Below are positions 16,699-24,961 of a stretch of DNA of 25,260 bases, piece after piece. Each line of letters begins with the position of its first letter. Position 1 is the stretch's first letter. The notes beneath the pieces are model-generated. The model worked only from the letters and a program-made list of their open reading frames with translations, did no database searches and was not told the DNA's origin. Source of the DNA: a virus (lineage: Duplodnaviria; Caudoviricetes); IMG/VR virus record IMGVR_UViG_3300016357_000014, positions 1 to 25,260 of that record. One strand, 5' to 3'. Made by a program: the position numbers and the translations under genes.

Positions 16699-16941
16699 TC
16701 ATTGTTTAGGGCCGAGGTAAAAGCTTTTAGCAGCTTCTGGCGTATTTTTGCTGGGTATGGCAGCCAAAGCGGTGTTGATAAGTGCCAGAACCCCGGTCAC
16801 CAAGGCAATTGCCGCAAGGATAAACTTCACGGTTTGCTGATCCATGCCCAAATCAGTGAATTGGGCCGCTGAACCGGCAAAGAAGTTTAATACAGCAATG
16901 CCTAGGCTGAGAAAGAAGGACCATCTCGGATCTATAGTCAT
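16699..16941 (-). CDS. putative holin (two TM helices)
   Basis: Hydrophobic helices FFLSLGIAVLNFFAG and FILAAIALVTGVLALINTALAAI, a short polar C-tail, and position upstream of the endolysin. Confidence 0.7.
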   Translation of the reverse strand: MTIDPRWSFFLSLGIAVLNFFAGSAAQFTDLGMDQQTVKFILAAIALVTGVLALINTALAAIPSKNTPEAAKSFYLGPKQ

Positions 16942-17576
16942 TCATGCCTCCAGATTACCGTTGCATCCTGACGGTCCACATATGGCGCGGTCCTGATCAA
17001 ATGCTGTTTTAGCAGCCGTTTGCGTGATGGATCAGCCACTGCGCCAACCGCAAAAACCGCATCACGCTGGTACAAAGGATCAGTATCAGCTGCGCCGTGT
17101 GGGTTGGGTCGTTCCACAAAAACTGTGTAACCAGCTGGCGGGCCTTCTGGCATGTAGCTGCCTAGGCCGAAGGTTCCTGAGGACCATGAGTCTTGAAAGT
17201 AGCGCATGTTAGGAGTGGTAGCATAACGACCGCACCAGACAGAGGGCTGTAAGGCAATGACGTGCGCGGTACGGCTGTTTTGAAGTAGCGCCCCTCCAAC
17301 AGCCAGCGCGGCATTGCCCCCACAACTGTAACCAACGAAGGCCAATGAGTGCTCTCTTGGGCTTGCTGCTGCTTCTTGATATGCACGTTGCGTCTCCCTG
17401 TAATCATACACGTGAACGCTGTTGACTCCCCTAAGTGTGCGAACCCTACGGGCGATCTGGTCAATCCCCGAACTCCACCCGTTAGGTCCCCATCCATAAA
17501 ATAGAAATACATCAGTTGCGGCCTGCGCCGGTAATGATACACATGTCAGTATAAACGCTAACAACCATTTTTTCAT
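16938..17576 (-). CDS. secreted alpha/beta-hydrolase-fold protein
   Basis: Sec signal MKKWLLAFILTCVSLPAQA; oxyanion-like FLFYGW; nucleophile elbow FVGYSCGG; later NPH. Confidence 0.7.
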   Translation of the reverse strand: MKKWLLAFILTCVSLPAQAATDVFLFYGWGPNGWSSGIDQIARRVRTLRGVNSVHVYDYRETQRAYQEAAASPREHSLAFVGYSCGGNAALAVGGALLQNSRTAHVIALQPSVWCGRYATTPNMRYFQDSWSSGTFGLGSYMPEGPPAGYTVFVERPNPHGAADTDPLYQRDAVFAVGAVADPSRKRLLKQHLIRTAPYVDRQDATVIWRHE

Positions 17577-18490
17577 TACACCCTCCCAGCAAAGATGATC
17601 TTATTGAAGATGATAGTAGGCTGCAAGGTACTGATTGGAGTACCACTGCCGCCTAATGGCACACTACCGCTAAGTGAAATACCAGTGCCTGCGGCATTGG
17701 TGTTACCCGTTGCAGCGCCCGCAGCGTTCACGGTTGTGCCGGTGGGGCCTCCAGTGCCGCCTAACTGGTTGGACCCAGTAATGCTATGAAAATGTGTTGG
17801 ATCATTAACTACAATGCTTGAGGTAGACAAATTCACATTAGGCAAATTGGCTTGAAGGATAGGAACTGCGGCATTGTCAACGCCACCAGTATTACCTAAA
17901 GCTGCGCTGGATAGATGATTGGCAGGGGTACCACCCATATTATCAACACCAGCGGTAACACGGCCACGAGCATCAGGCAGGTTGAACGTAGTGCTACCGT
18001 CACCCGTACCAAAAGTAGTTCCTATGACCTGAAACAATTCAGGGTAGCCGGTGCGTGAAATGGCCTGCCCATAGCACAGGAACCAACCCGCTGGTGCTGC
18101 ACTACCAGCAAAATCCTGCACTATCCCAACCGGTGCCAATACTGCACCGTTAAGCTGGCTGACAATAGAGCCATTCTGGCCGGTACCGGCATTGTTTGTG
18201 TTGACGGTAAATGCTGCGGTACCGCTGACACTGACACCCCACTGCTTGCTGCCCGGGAAGTAAACGCCGGTCGTAGGATCAGCCGTAAAGCTGATGGAGG
18301 GTGAACCTATTGACCCGTTGCCAAACTTGATGCCGCCAGTGAGTGGTGTCTGCCCATCTGCCGCCACTGAATTGGTCAAAGCATTGGCAATGTCACTGAG
18401 GTCACTATTCATCGCTGCCGATGAAATAGTGGTGCCAGGCACGAAGGCTGCCTGTGGCAAGCTATATGTCCCGCTACCATTCCTAGGAAT
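17576..18490 (-). CDS. tail fibre protein with phage tail-collar domain (probable ATT start at 18490; TTG 18460 is an alternative)
   Basis: Collar motif PVG....FAG..AP.GW..C.GQAISRT.YPELF.VIGT.FG.GDGSTTFNLPD.RGR; HFH metal-binding repeat; C-terminal LQP...NKII; N-terminal (I)PRNGSGTYSLP. Confidence 0.9.
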   Translation of the reverse strand: MPRNGSGTYSLPQAAFVPGTTISSAAMNSDLSDIANALTNSVAADGQTPLTGGIKFGNGSIGSPSISFTADPTTGVYFPGSKQWGVSVSGTAAFTVNTNNAGTGQNGSIVSQLNGAVLAPVGIVQDFAGSAAPAGWFLCYGQAISRTGYPELFQVIGTTFGTGDGSTTFNLPDARGRVTAGVDNMGGTPANHLSSAALGNTGGVDNAAVPILQANLPNVNLSTSSIVVNDPTHFHSITGSNQLGGTGGPTGTTVNAAGAATGNTNAAGTGISLSGSVPLGGSGTPISTLQPTIIFNKIIFAGRV

Positions 18491-18504
18491 TGGAGGTCTC
18501 CCTC

Positions 18505-18774
18505 ATGTGGTATTTATTCCAGCTAGGCATTATTATCTACCTTTGTTACATTTACGCTACCAAACTAACCCCAGATGAAACGCCCGGTCGCATCCTAGCA
18601 TGGGCAATATTGGTTTCATATGTGGCAACCTGGTTACTCTGTAAACTATATGATCTATTGTTGCGGCTGCGCAATATCCTTACCAAGACGCTGACCTGGG
18701 CCAGCCAACAGCGCCGCATAGGTAGCCGCTTGGTTCGTAGGCCAACCGCGCATCCACGCTTGCCCCGGCGCTGA
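18505..18774 (+). CDS. antisense small membrane protein (two TM helices), possible superinfection exclusion factor
   Basis: GGAGG RBS at 18492-18496, then ATG 18505. Helices WYLFQLGIIIYLCYIYA and ILAWAILVSYVATWLLC. Occupies an AT-rich gap in the minus-strand operon. Confidence 0.55.
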   Translation: MWYLFQLGIIIYLCYIYATKLTPDETPGRILAWAILVSYVATWLLCKLYDLLLRLRNILTKTLTWASQQRRIGSRLVRRPTAHPRLPRR

Positions 18775-20121
18775 CCTGAAGAGCGGACTAAGTGCCTGTG
18801 CAGGAGCCTGAGCTAATTCTGGTGCTTTCAACATCAGGCCAAGCGCACTGGCTTCAAGTGCTGGTCCTACCGTGCCCCCCATATAATAATGGATAGGGGC
18901 CGCCGCACCTGCTGCTGCCCCTATAGCATGACCTGGGTTAAAGGGTTCGGGAAACGGAACACGCTCCTGAGCTTTCTCTAATTGGCCTAACTCCCTTATA
19001 TTACTAAGGTTGGGGCGATGGGTACCCCATACCGCATTTTGATCAGCCATGTGTTTGTCAAGAACTTGTGCTAATGCGTTCATACGGGGGTTTTGACTCT
19101 GCCCCCAACGCTGGCTGAACCTGAAATAATCGTCAGCGTCGATTCGGCCCTTCTTGTTAGTTACTTTGCCAAGTTCCCCTATTTGATTGGCCATTGCCCT
19201 GGCTTGGCCGCCACTGGCACCGGCACTTTGAGCATTAAGCATTGCTTGGCTCAGATCATGATTAAGTGGATTACCAGTTGCTTGCGACGGGATGCGGGTA
19301 TTTAGCTTACTGTCAATCAGTTCTTTCACGGCTGATCGGTCTGAGGGGTACTGTTCACCCATAGCCATCAACCGTGACCCTCTCTCCTCTGCAATACTGA
19401 CCGGGAAGCCAGCTCCCCTTAAAGTATTAGCAGCAGCAGTCCGCGCATTTTGAGCTTGCCGCCCCGCACTAGACCAACCACCAGTTGGCAGGCCACCTGG
19501 GAGACCGTAGCCAGCAAACGTGCCAATAGCCCTAGCCCATGGAGCAGCTTCAGGGGTTTGCGCCAGTTCCATGGCCTTAGCTGCGGTCTCACCTGTTACA
19601 GTACCCCCTACGGATCTCAATGCAGCGGCCATTGCCGCTTCAGGGCCAGCAAGAGCCAATGGCGCAGTACCAACAAGATTGGCTGCCCCGCTCCTAGCAA
19701 GATGCTCAGCAAAGTTTTGCGGCGGCTGTTGCTGCCCTGGGGTTAGAGCAAGCCCCCCAACCCCTGGCCATTGTGACTTACCTTGCAAGACCGCTTCTGT
19801 TGAATATGGCTGCGCAAACTTTTGGATCTGCTCAGCACCTGGCACCTCTTCACCCCAACCCAAAGCGCCGCTCATGCCTAAGGCCCCTGCTGAACCCATT
19901 TTGGCAAGGAATGATGGCGTGCCCAGCAGATTGGCGGCACCCTCTTTGGCACCAGCTACTGCCTGAGTTGGCGTGTTGGTGAAATAACCGGGTTGGACAG
20001 GGGCAGTACCAGTGAACGGCCCAGCACGCTGTTTTTGCAGCGCCTGTAACTGCTCAAGGGACATCTTCTCTAGTTCCTCATCAGTGGGAATGTCTGGTGG
20101 CCCACTGGGGGTATCAACCAT
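18655..20121 (-). CDS. probable internal virion (DNA ejection) protein, 488 aa
   Basis: Ala/Gly/Gln-rich with hydrophobic Gly-Ala stretches and no Cys; lies between the other probable ejection genes and the tail fibre. Confidence 0.6.
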   Translation of the reverse strand: MVDTPSGPPDIPTDEELEKMSLEQLQALQKQRAGPFTGTAPVQPGYFTNTPTQAVAGAKEGAANLLGTPSFLAKMGSAGALGMSGALGWGEEVPGAEQIQKFAQPYSTEAVLQGKSQWPGVGGLALTPGQQQPPQNFAEHLARSGAANLVGTAPLALAGPEAAMAAALRSVGGTVTGETAAKAMELAQTPEAAPWARAIGTFAGYGLPGGLPTGGWSSAGRQAQNARTAAANTLRGAGFPVSIAEERGSRLMAMGEQYPSDRSAVKELIDSKLNTRIPSQATGNPLNHDLSQAMLNAQSAGASGGQARAMANQIGELGKVTNKKGRIDADDYFRFSQRWGQSQNPRMNALAQVLDKHMADQNAVWGTHRPNLSNIRELGQLEKAQERVPFPEPFNPGHAIGAAAGAAAPIHYYMGGTVGPALEASALGLMLKAPELAQAPAQALSPLFRSAPGQAWMRGWPTNQAATYAALLAGPGQRLGKDIAQPQQ

Positions 20122-20123
20122 GG

Positions 20124-22601
20124 CTATTTTCCTTTGCCGCCACCAGCATCATATTGCGGTAGCGACATGACACGCTTCATTTGTTCATCAGTAGCGCCAA
20201 AGCGCCCGGCCCAATCTCTATCCTCATCCTCAGTGGTAAGTGGGTTATTCCTGATGAAGGCAGTTTCAGCCTCCTTCAACCCCGCATAGCTCTTTGGCTC
20301 CTTACTCAACCCCGGCAATGGGTTGCCCTGAGCGTCCCAGCGGACCCCCCGGTCATAATCACGTTGGACCTGAGCTATTTTTTGTATTTGCCACATAGCA
20401 CGGTCAGCCAAGTCAAGGACTGCCATGTTGGCCTCTGGGGTATTTGACCGACTGATATTGCTTTGCGCAATTAACATGATTTCAGCTAAACGGACCTGCC
20501 CCAAACCTTTTAACTGTGCAGACATGTCAGCCAGGATGTTCCCTGATTTCAGCTTATCAAGTGCTTGGCTGATACTAAGCCGTTGTACAGAATCCGGATT
20601 ACCAAAGAATCCAAGAATACTGTTCCACCCATACTTAATGGGTTCACCAGGCCCTTGGATTAGGCGTGGGTCATGAAGCAAATCATTAGCTAAATGCACC
20701 TTGCTTTGCAGGTTTTGCATCGTAGTGGATGCGGTTTGCAAACTCTTCATTTCATCATTGTAATTCTTAAGGTCTTCAGCAGCAGCAGTCTTGCCTGCCT
20801 CAACATTTATCTCACGTTGCACGCCCAAGCCCATCTGTTGCTCTGGGGTCATATTCCATGGGCTAGGTCCCCATCCACCGCCCCCAACAGGGACTTCAGG
20901 GGCCTGCCCAGGTTGATAGGCCAATTTGCTACCCGGTCCGGCACCAGCAGGCAAGCCAGCCGGTCCAGCATCACTCATACCAGGTGGCTTGGTAGTGAGC
21001 ATATTCTGGGATTTCTGACCTGTTGTAATCTCAGACGGCGCCCCCGCTGCCTGCAATTGCTGCTGCACACCCCCTTGCCCCGGCTCAGTATATTCTGATG
21101 CTTTAGGTGTCTTTTTCTCAATTGCCCTCTTTAAGCGCTGGTCAGGGCTGAGCGTGGGGGCGTTGGGTGCCACAGTAGCTGGGGGTGCCACAGTAGCTGG
21201 GGGTGCCGTAGTGGTTCCCTTGCCGCCGGTAACTGCTGGAGCGCCTATTCTGGGCGGAATCCCTGGACGGTTAGGATCAGCCCCTAGACTGATTGGCGGC
21301 GGTGCCCCTTTTGGCTGTTGCGGCGCTTCAGAAGGTGGGGAACCACCAACTACCTCCTCAGGCACAAGCCTGCCATATTGATCAAAATGGTATGGTGCCG
21401 GTCGGGTTTGGCCACCACCCAAACCAAATTCAGCCTTTTGCGGCTCCGGCACCCACATTGGCGGCCTGCTGGGATCACGCGGGTCATAGAAGAAGTTACC
21501 GCCCTTGCCTGGCACCGGCACAGGCATATTCTGCATACGGTACGCATTATCAAGATACTGCTGCTGTTCAGGCGTTGCCCAATCAGGCAGTGCATTGATG
21601 TATTGTTGACGGCCCACTTGTGGGCGCATAGGAACCATGTTTTGAGCGGCTCCAGCAGGTATTTGTGGGCCACCCATTGCAGGGGCTCCCCTCGGACCAG
21701 CAGCTACCTGCATTGGCGGCTGGCCAGCGGCTGCGGGTCCCCCGGCCTGTGCAGGTGCCGCAGCTTGTGGCTGGCCACCAGCTAGGGCTGAGATCATTGG
21801 ATTCATGGCATCACTTGCGGTGTTCATTGGCTCACCGCTAAAGGCCATCCTAATGGGGTCAAATGGCTGATCCGTTTGACTTTGGGGGCCAACGTGTGGC
21901 CTGACCTTAAAACGACCATCAGTAGGGAAATTCTCGGGTGTGTAACCCATCTGCTCAGCGGCTGAAGAGTTAACGTCAACCCCACGGCCCGTCCAAGCAG
22001 CAGGGCCAAGGTCCGTTTGCCGCATAGTAAAAGTGCGGCCATCAGGGGTAGTCACATCAAACATCTGGCCTAAAGTGGCACGGTGAGGCAGTGCAATCCC
22101 CGGCGCTTCTTGAACAGTTTGTCCACCCGCTTGCTTTCCTTGATCAGTTTTATCACGCCAAGTATTTTGGCCTTGAAAATTGCCAAACCATGAGCCACGT
22201 ACAGGAGTGCCGCCGCTGCCGTCACCCTCAGGCTGGAAACCCATGGCAACCGGGGTACCTTCAGATGGACGTTGTTGCTGCCCAGGCTGTTGTTGTCCTT
22301 GTGGGGGAGCAATGCCTGGCGGATATGGGTCCAATGAACGCCGATAGCGCTCAGATAAAATTTGTCGTTGATTAGCCGCAGCGTCTACCACACCGCCAGC
22401 CAGCGCATTAGCTATATTTGACCAGCCTTGCCAGGGGTTAGCAACCGTCTGAAACCGATGACCTTGAAGGGCTTTCACATAGTCATGCATCGCCTGAATC
22501 TGGCCAGTCGTTGCATAATTGGCAGGCATAGCGCCGCCCTGGTCAGGCAAGTCCTGCAAAGTCTTGATCGGCTGTATGCCACCCTGAGTTGGATTAGGCA
22601 T
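20124..22601 (-). CDS. large internal virion (ejection) protein with an RlpA-like DPBB muralytic domain
   Basis: VRGSWFG...GIALP...FDVTTPDGRT...QTDLGP....GRGVDVNSSAAEQMG (about 21900-22205), followed by a Pro/Gln/Gly-rich region and a helical C-terminus. Confidence 0.7.
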   Translation of the reverse strand: MPNPTQGGIQPIKTLQDLPDQGGAMPANYATTGQIQAMHDYVKALQGHRFQTVANPWQGWSNIANALAGGVVDAAANQRQILSERYRRSLDPYPPGIAPPQGQQQPGQQQRPSEGTPVAMGFQPEGDGSGGTPVRGSWFGNFQGQNTWRDKTDQGKQAGGQTVQEAPGIALPHRATLGQMFDVTTPDGRTFTMRQTDLGPAAWTGRGVDVNSSAAEQMGYTPENFPTDGRFKVRPHVGPQSQTDQPFDPIRMAFSGEPMNTASDAMNPMISALAGGQPQAAAPAQAGGPAAAGQPPMQVAAGPRGAPAMGGPQIPAGAAQNMVPMRPQVGRQQYINALPDWATPEQQQYLDNAYRMQNMPVPVPGKGGNFFYDPRDPSRPPMWVPEPQKAEFGLGGGQTRPAPYHFDQYGRLVPEEVVGGSPPSEAPQQPKGAPPPISLGADPNRPGIPPRIGAPAVTGGKGTTTAPPATVAPPATVAPNAPTLSPDQRLKRAIEKKTPKASEYTEPGQGGVQQQLQAAGAPSEITTGQKSQNMLTTKPPGMSDAGPAGLPAGAGPGSKLAYQPGQAPEVPVGGGGWGPSPWNMTPEQQMGLGVQREINVEAGKTAAAEDLKNYNDEMKSLQTASTTMQNLQSKVHLANDLLHDPRLIQGPGEPIKYGWNSILGFFGNPDSVQRLSISQALDKLKSGNILADMSAQLKGLGQVRLAEIMLIAQSNISRSNTPEANMAVLDLADRAMWQIQKIAQVQRDYDRGVRWDAQGNPLPGLSKEPKSYAGLKEAETAFIRNNPLTTEDEDRDWAGRFGATDEQMKRVMSLPQYDAGGGKGK
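21165..21207. repeat. 18-bp in-frame tandem repeat (about 2.4 copies)
   Basis: GGGTGCCACAGTAGCTGG x2 plus GGGTGCC, encoding APPATV APPATV AP in the 825 aa protein. Confidence 0.85.
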
Positions 22602-22606
22602 TTATC

Positions 22607-22960
22607 TCACCATATGCCTCCGGCGCTTGAGCCAGTACCAAACCCAACAGGCCCACCGGGCGGCTGGGTAAACAACGCAGCACCCATATCCCCATACTGA
22701 CTGTTGTTAGGAACTATGTTCATTGGCTGGCCGGGTTGTTGACCATACCCTGGCCGTGGACCGCCAGCCTGTGAAAGCTGCTGCAAGCGGTACTGATTTG
22801 CCTGATTTTGTGCTTGGACAAGTGGGTTTACCAACGCTTTAATCATGTTACCAGCACCCCCATATGGACTGGTAACCTGAGAGGTACCTGCTGGCGTTGG
22901 TGACACGCCAAGCCCTTGGTTCTGCACCAACTGGGGGTCCTGCAAAGTGCCAATAGCCAT
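22607..22960 (-). CDS. Gln/Gly/Pro-rich protein, probable virion or ejection component
   Basis: AAGGA RBS; low-complexity composition like its neighbours. Confidence 0.6.
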   Translation of the reverse strand: MAIGTLQDPQLVQNQGLGVSPTPAGTSQVTSPYGGAGNMIKALVNPLVQAQNQANQYRLQQLSQAGGPRPGYGQQPGQPMNIVPNNSQYGDMGAALFTQPPGGPVGFGTGSSAGGIW

Positions 22961-22961
22961 G

Positions 22962-23411
22962 TTAGTTCCTTTCTAGCCGGTCAGGTGCCCTGCAAATCAC
23001 AATATTAGCGGGCTCCTTGGTAGCGTAAAAATAGTCCAACTGTTCAGGGGCCGTTTTTGAGCAGGCCAGTGCTGCACGGACTTCAACCCAATCAGGGGTG
23101 AACTCAGTAATTGCCAAATAATGATCGCCAGCTAGGCACATCACATCAGCTTTGCTGTACGGTCCCAACCCAAGGAACTCATTTTCACGGCCCATTGCAC
23201 TCAAAGCTAAAATTCTACCTTCAGTGATAAGATTGGGATTATAGTGGAACACACCACGGTTATTTTCACAGCGCTGCATGCCTTCTGGCAATGGTAACTC
23301 ACGTGAGTTTGCCGGGAACATTTGCACAGGCCGCCTGCCGTCAATCAACCGTTGCTGCTGATACAGTAACGTCTCAGGGGCTTCCTGTATGTTCATGCCA
23401 GTGTCAATCAT
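22962..23411 (-). CDS. hypothetical globular protein (149 aa)
   Basis: ATGA overlap with the upstream gene; ordinary globular composition. Confidence 0.65.
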   Translation of the reverse strand: MIDTGMNIQEAPETLLYQQQRLIDGRRPVQMFPANSRELPLPEGMQRCENNRGVFHYNPNLITEGRILALSAMGRENEFLGLGPYSKADVMCLAGDHYLAITEFTPDWVEVRAALACSKTAPEQLDYFYATKEPANIVICRAPDRLERN

Positions 23412-24238
23412 ATTGCAGCCGCCAAAATGCTGGCCCCGCCCAATTGACCTAAGGCACCCACACCAGCTTCGCCAAGGCCAAACATGCCACTCATCATGTT
23501 ATTGTATTGTTGCTGTTGCGCCTCGTACTGAGCCTGAGCCGCTTCCTGTGCTGTGCCGTAAGCCTGCATGAACGGTACGGTGCTTAGTTGCGGGGTCTGC
23601 ACAAACTGACCGCCAGGCATCTGCGGCGCACCCCACTGCGCTAACTGCTGGGACATACTAAGCGGCAATTGATAGGTACCTGCTGACATTTGATAGGCTT
23701 GCGGGAAGGCTTGCGCCAGGAAGTTGCTCACAGACAGATCCTGACCGGTCATCAACGGCATCATGGCATTGTTGTAAGCCGTGCTTCCCGGCGTAAATCC
23801 CTGATTTTCCAACTGTGCCTGTTCTTGAGTCTTTTGCAGGTTAAAGAACGGCTGGAGATAGTTGACTTCGTTCCCCAGCATTCCGCTGGTTTGATTACCA
23901 GCCATCTGGGTGATGGCGCTATATGGTGATTGACCGCTGCCGTAATTGCCCGTGGCAAGAAGGTTCGGTGCTGTTGCACCAGCTTGAAGCTGGCTTAAGA
24001 CGTAATTCTGTGCCGCCTGCTGTTGTGAAGGTGATAAAGAAGTAGTTGCCGTATAAAGCGGTACCCCGCCCGGCCCCGTACCGGTCTGCGCATAATTCAA
24101 CCCGCCCCAGATGTTTTGCTGACCCACTTCAGAGCCAGCCTGAGACCCTATATTGAAGCCCTGCTGCGCCGTACCGGCTTGCTGAGCCGGGGCTAAACCA
24201 GCATAAGGTGAGGGAGGGGGCGGGGGTGAACTACCCAT
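23408..24238 (-). CDS. probable internal virion (ejection/pilot) protein
   Basis: Likely start MGSSPPPPPSPY at 24238, overlapping the upstream stop. Gln/Gly/Ala-rich, nearly uncharged, with a C-terminal GLG..G.GALG..GG glycine-zipper-like segment. Confidence 0.65.
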   Translation of the reverse strand: MGSSPPPPPSPYAGLAPAQQAGTAQQGFNIGSQAGSEVGQQNIWGGLNYAQTGTGPGGVPLYTATTSLSPSQQQAAQNYVLSQLQAGATAPNLLATGNYGSGQSPYSAITQMAGNQTSGMLGNEVNYLQPFFNLQKTQEQAQLENQGFTPGSTAYNNAMMPLMTGQDLSVSNFLAQAFPQAYQMSAGTYQLPLSMSQQLAQWGAPQMPGGQFVQTPQLSTVPFMQAYGTAQEAAQAQYEAQQQQYNNMMSGMFGLGEAGVGALGQLGGASILAAAI

Positions 24239-24512
24239 GACGTTGCCCTTGTAACGCAGCAATCATTTGCATCATGTTATTTGCTTGCATTGGGTTTTGT
24301 GAAAGTTGAGACATACCAGTACCAAGCCCAGCCTGAGGCCAACTAGATTGTGCCTGACCTGGGACCTGCAAACCACCGTAACCATAGCCCATACGCTGCC
24401 GCTGCTGCATCTGCGGTACTTGATAAATGTTGGGGTTTGACAGCAATTGCGTTGAATTCGCATTGATGGCAGATGGGCTGGGTGACGGTGCTGGGATGTT
24501 AAGGTCAGCCAT
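24231..24512 (-). CDS. Gln-rich hypothetical protein (93 aa)
   Basis: TAATG coupling with the GNAT gene. Confidence 0.6.
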   Translation of the reverse strand: MADLNIPAPSPSPSAINANSTQLLSNPNIYQVPQMQQRQRMGYGYGGLQVPGQAQSSWPQAGLGTGMSQLSQNPMQANNMMQMIAALQGQRHG

Positions 24513-24961
24513 TATTGCGCCTTTTCAAGTGTTGGTTCCACCCGCGCTACCCGCTCAATTGCTTCCCTGAAACCTACCAGCCTGACGGCGGTGTTGCGGT
24601 TGCAATCGCGCTTGCCGTAATAGCAGCGGGCTATGCCCTCTACCCTGAAACCCAACTTGAGAAGTGATCTGGTCCAACCTTTGGCCCTCTTAGGAACCAT
24701 CGCAGTGAGGCGGGCCGGGTCAAATTCCTGCAAAATGTAAACCGCCAGACACCTTATGATTCCTGGGGTCATTGTGTTCTTGCCGTAATAGGATACCTCT
24801 ACATTCGCACCGTTCCAACCTTGAAATAATACCGCACCAACCAACTCACCATTGCGCACTAAGCCCACAGCGCGGTCATAACTATACCTTCTTTGGAGGT
24901 AACAGGCAAACAGCCAGTTAGCCACCAGTTCATCACTGTTAAAGAGCAATCCAGCGGTCAT
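24512..24961 (-). CDS. GNAT-fold acetyltransferase-like phage protein
   Basis: GLVRNGELVGAVLF, RLTAMV, LLKLGFRVEG..R; typical position after the tail stabilisation gene in podoviruses. Confidence 0.7.
   Translation of the reverse strand: MTAGLLFNSDELVANWLFACYLQRRYSYDRAVGLVRNGELVGAVLFQGWNGANVEVSYYGKNTMTPGIIRCLAVYILQEFDPARLTAMVPKRAKGWTRSLLKLGFRVEGIARCYYGKRDCNRNTAVRLVGFREAIERVARVEPTLEKAQ

Noticed and set aside
21165-21207. Tandem repeat as a CRISPR, iteron or contingency locus
   Set aside because: It is an in-frame duplication without spacers, in a low-complexity linker.
19093-22700. Multiple + strand ORFs within the virion genes
   Set aside because: Antisense shadows of Pro/Gly/Ala-rich coding sequence, with no recognisable motifs.
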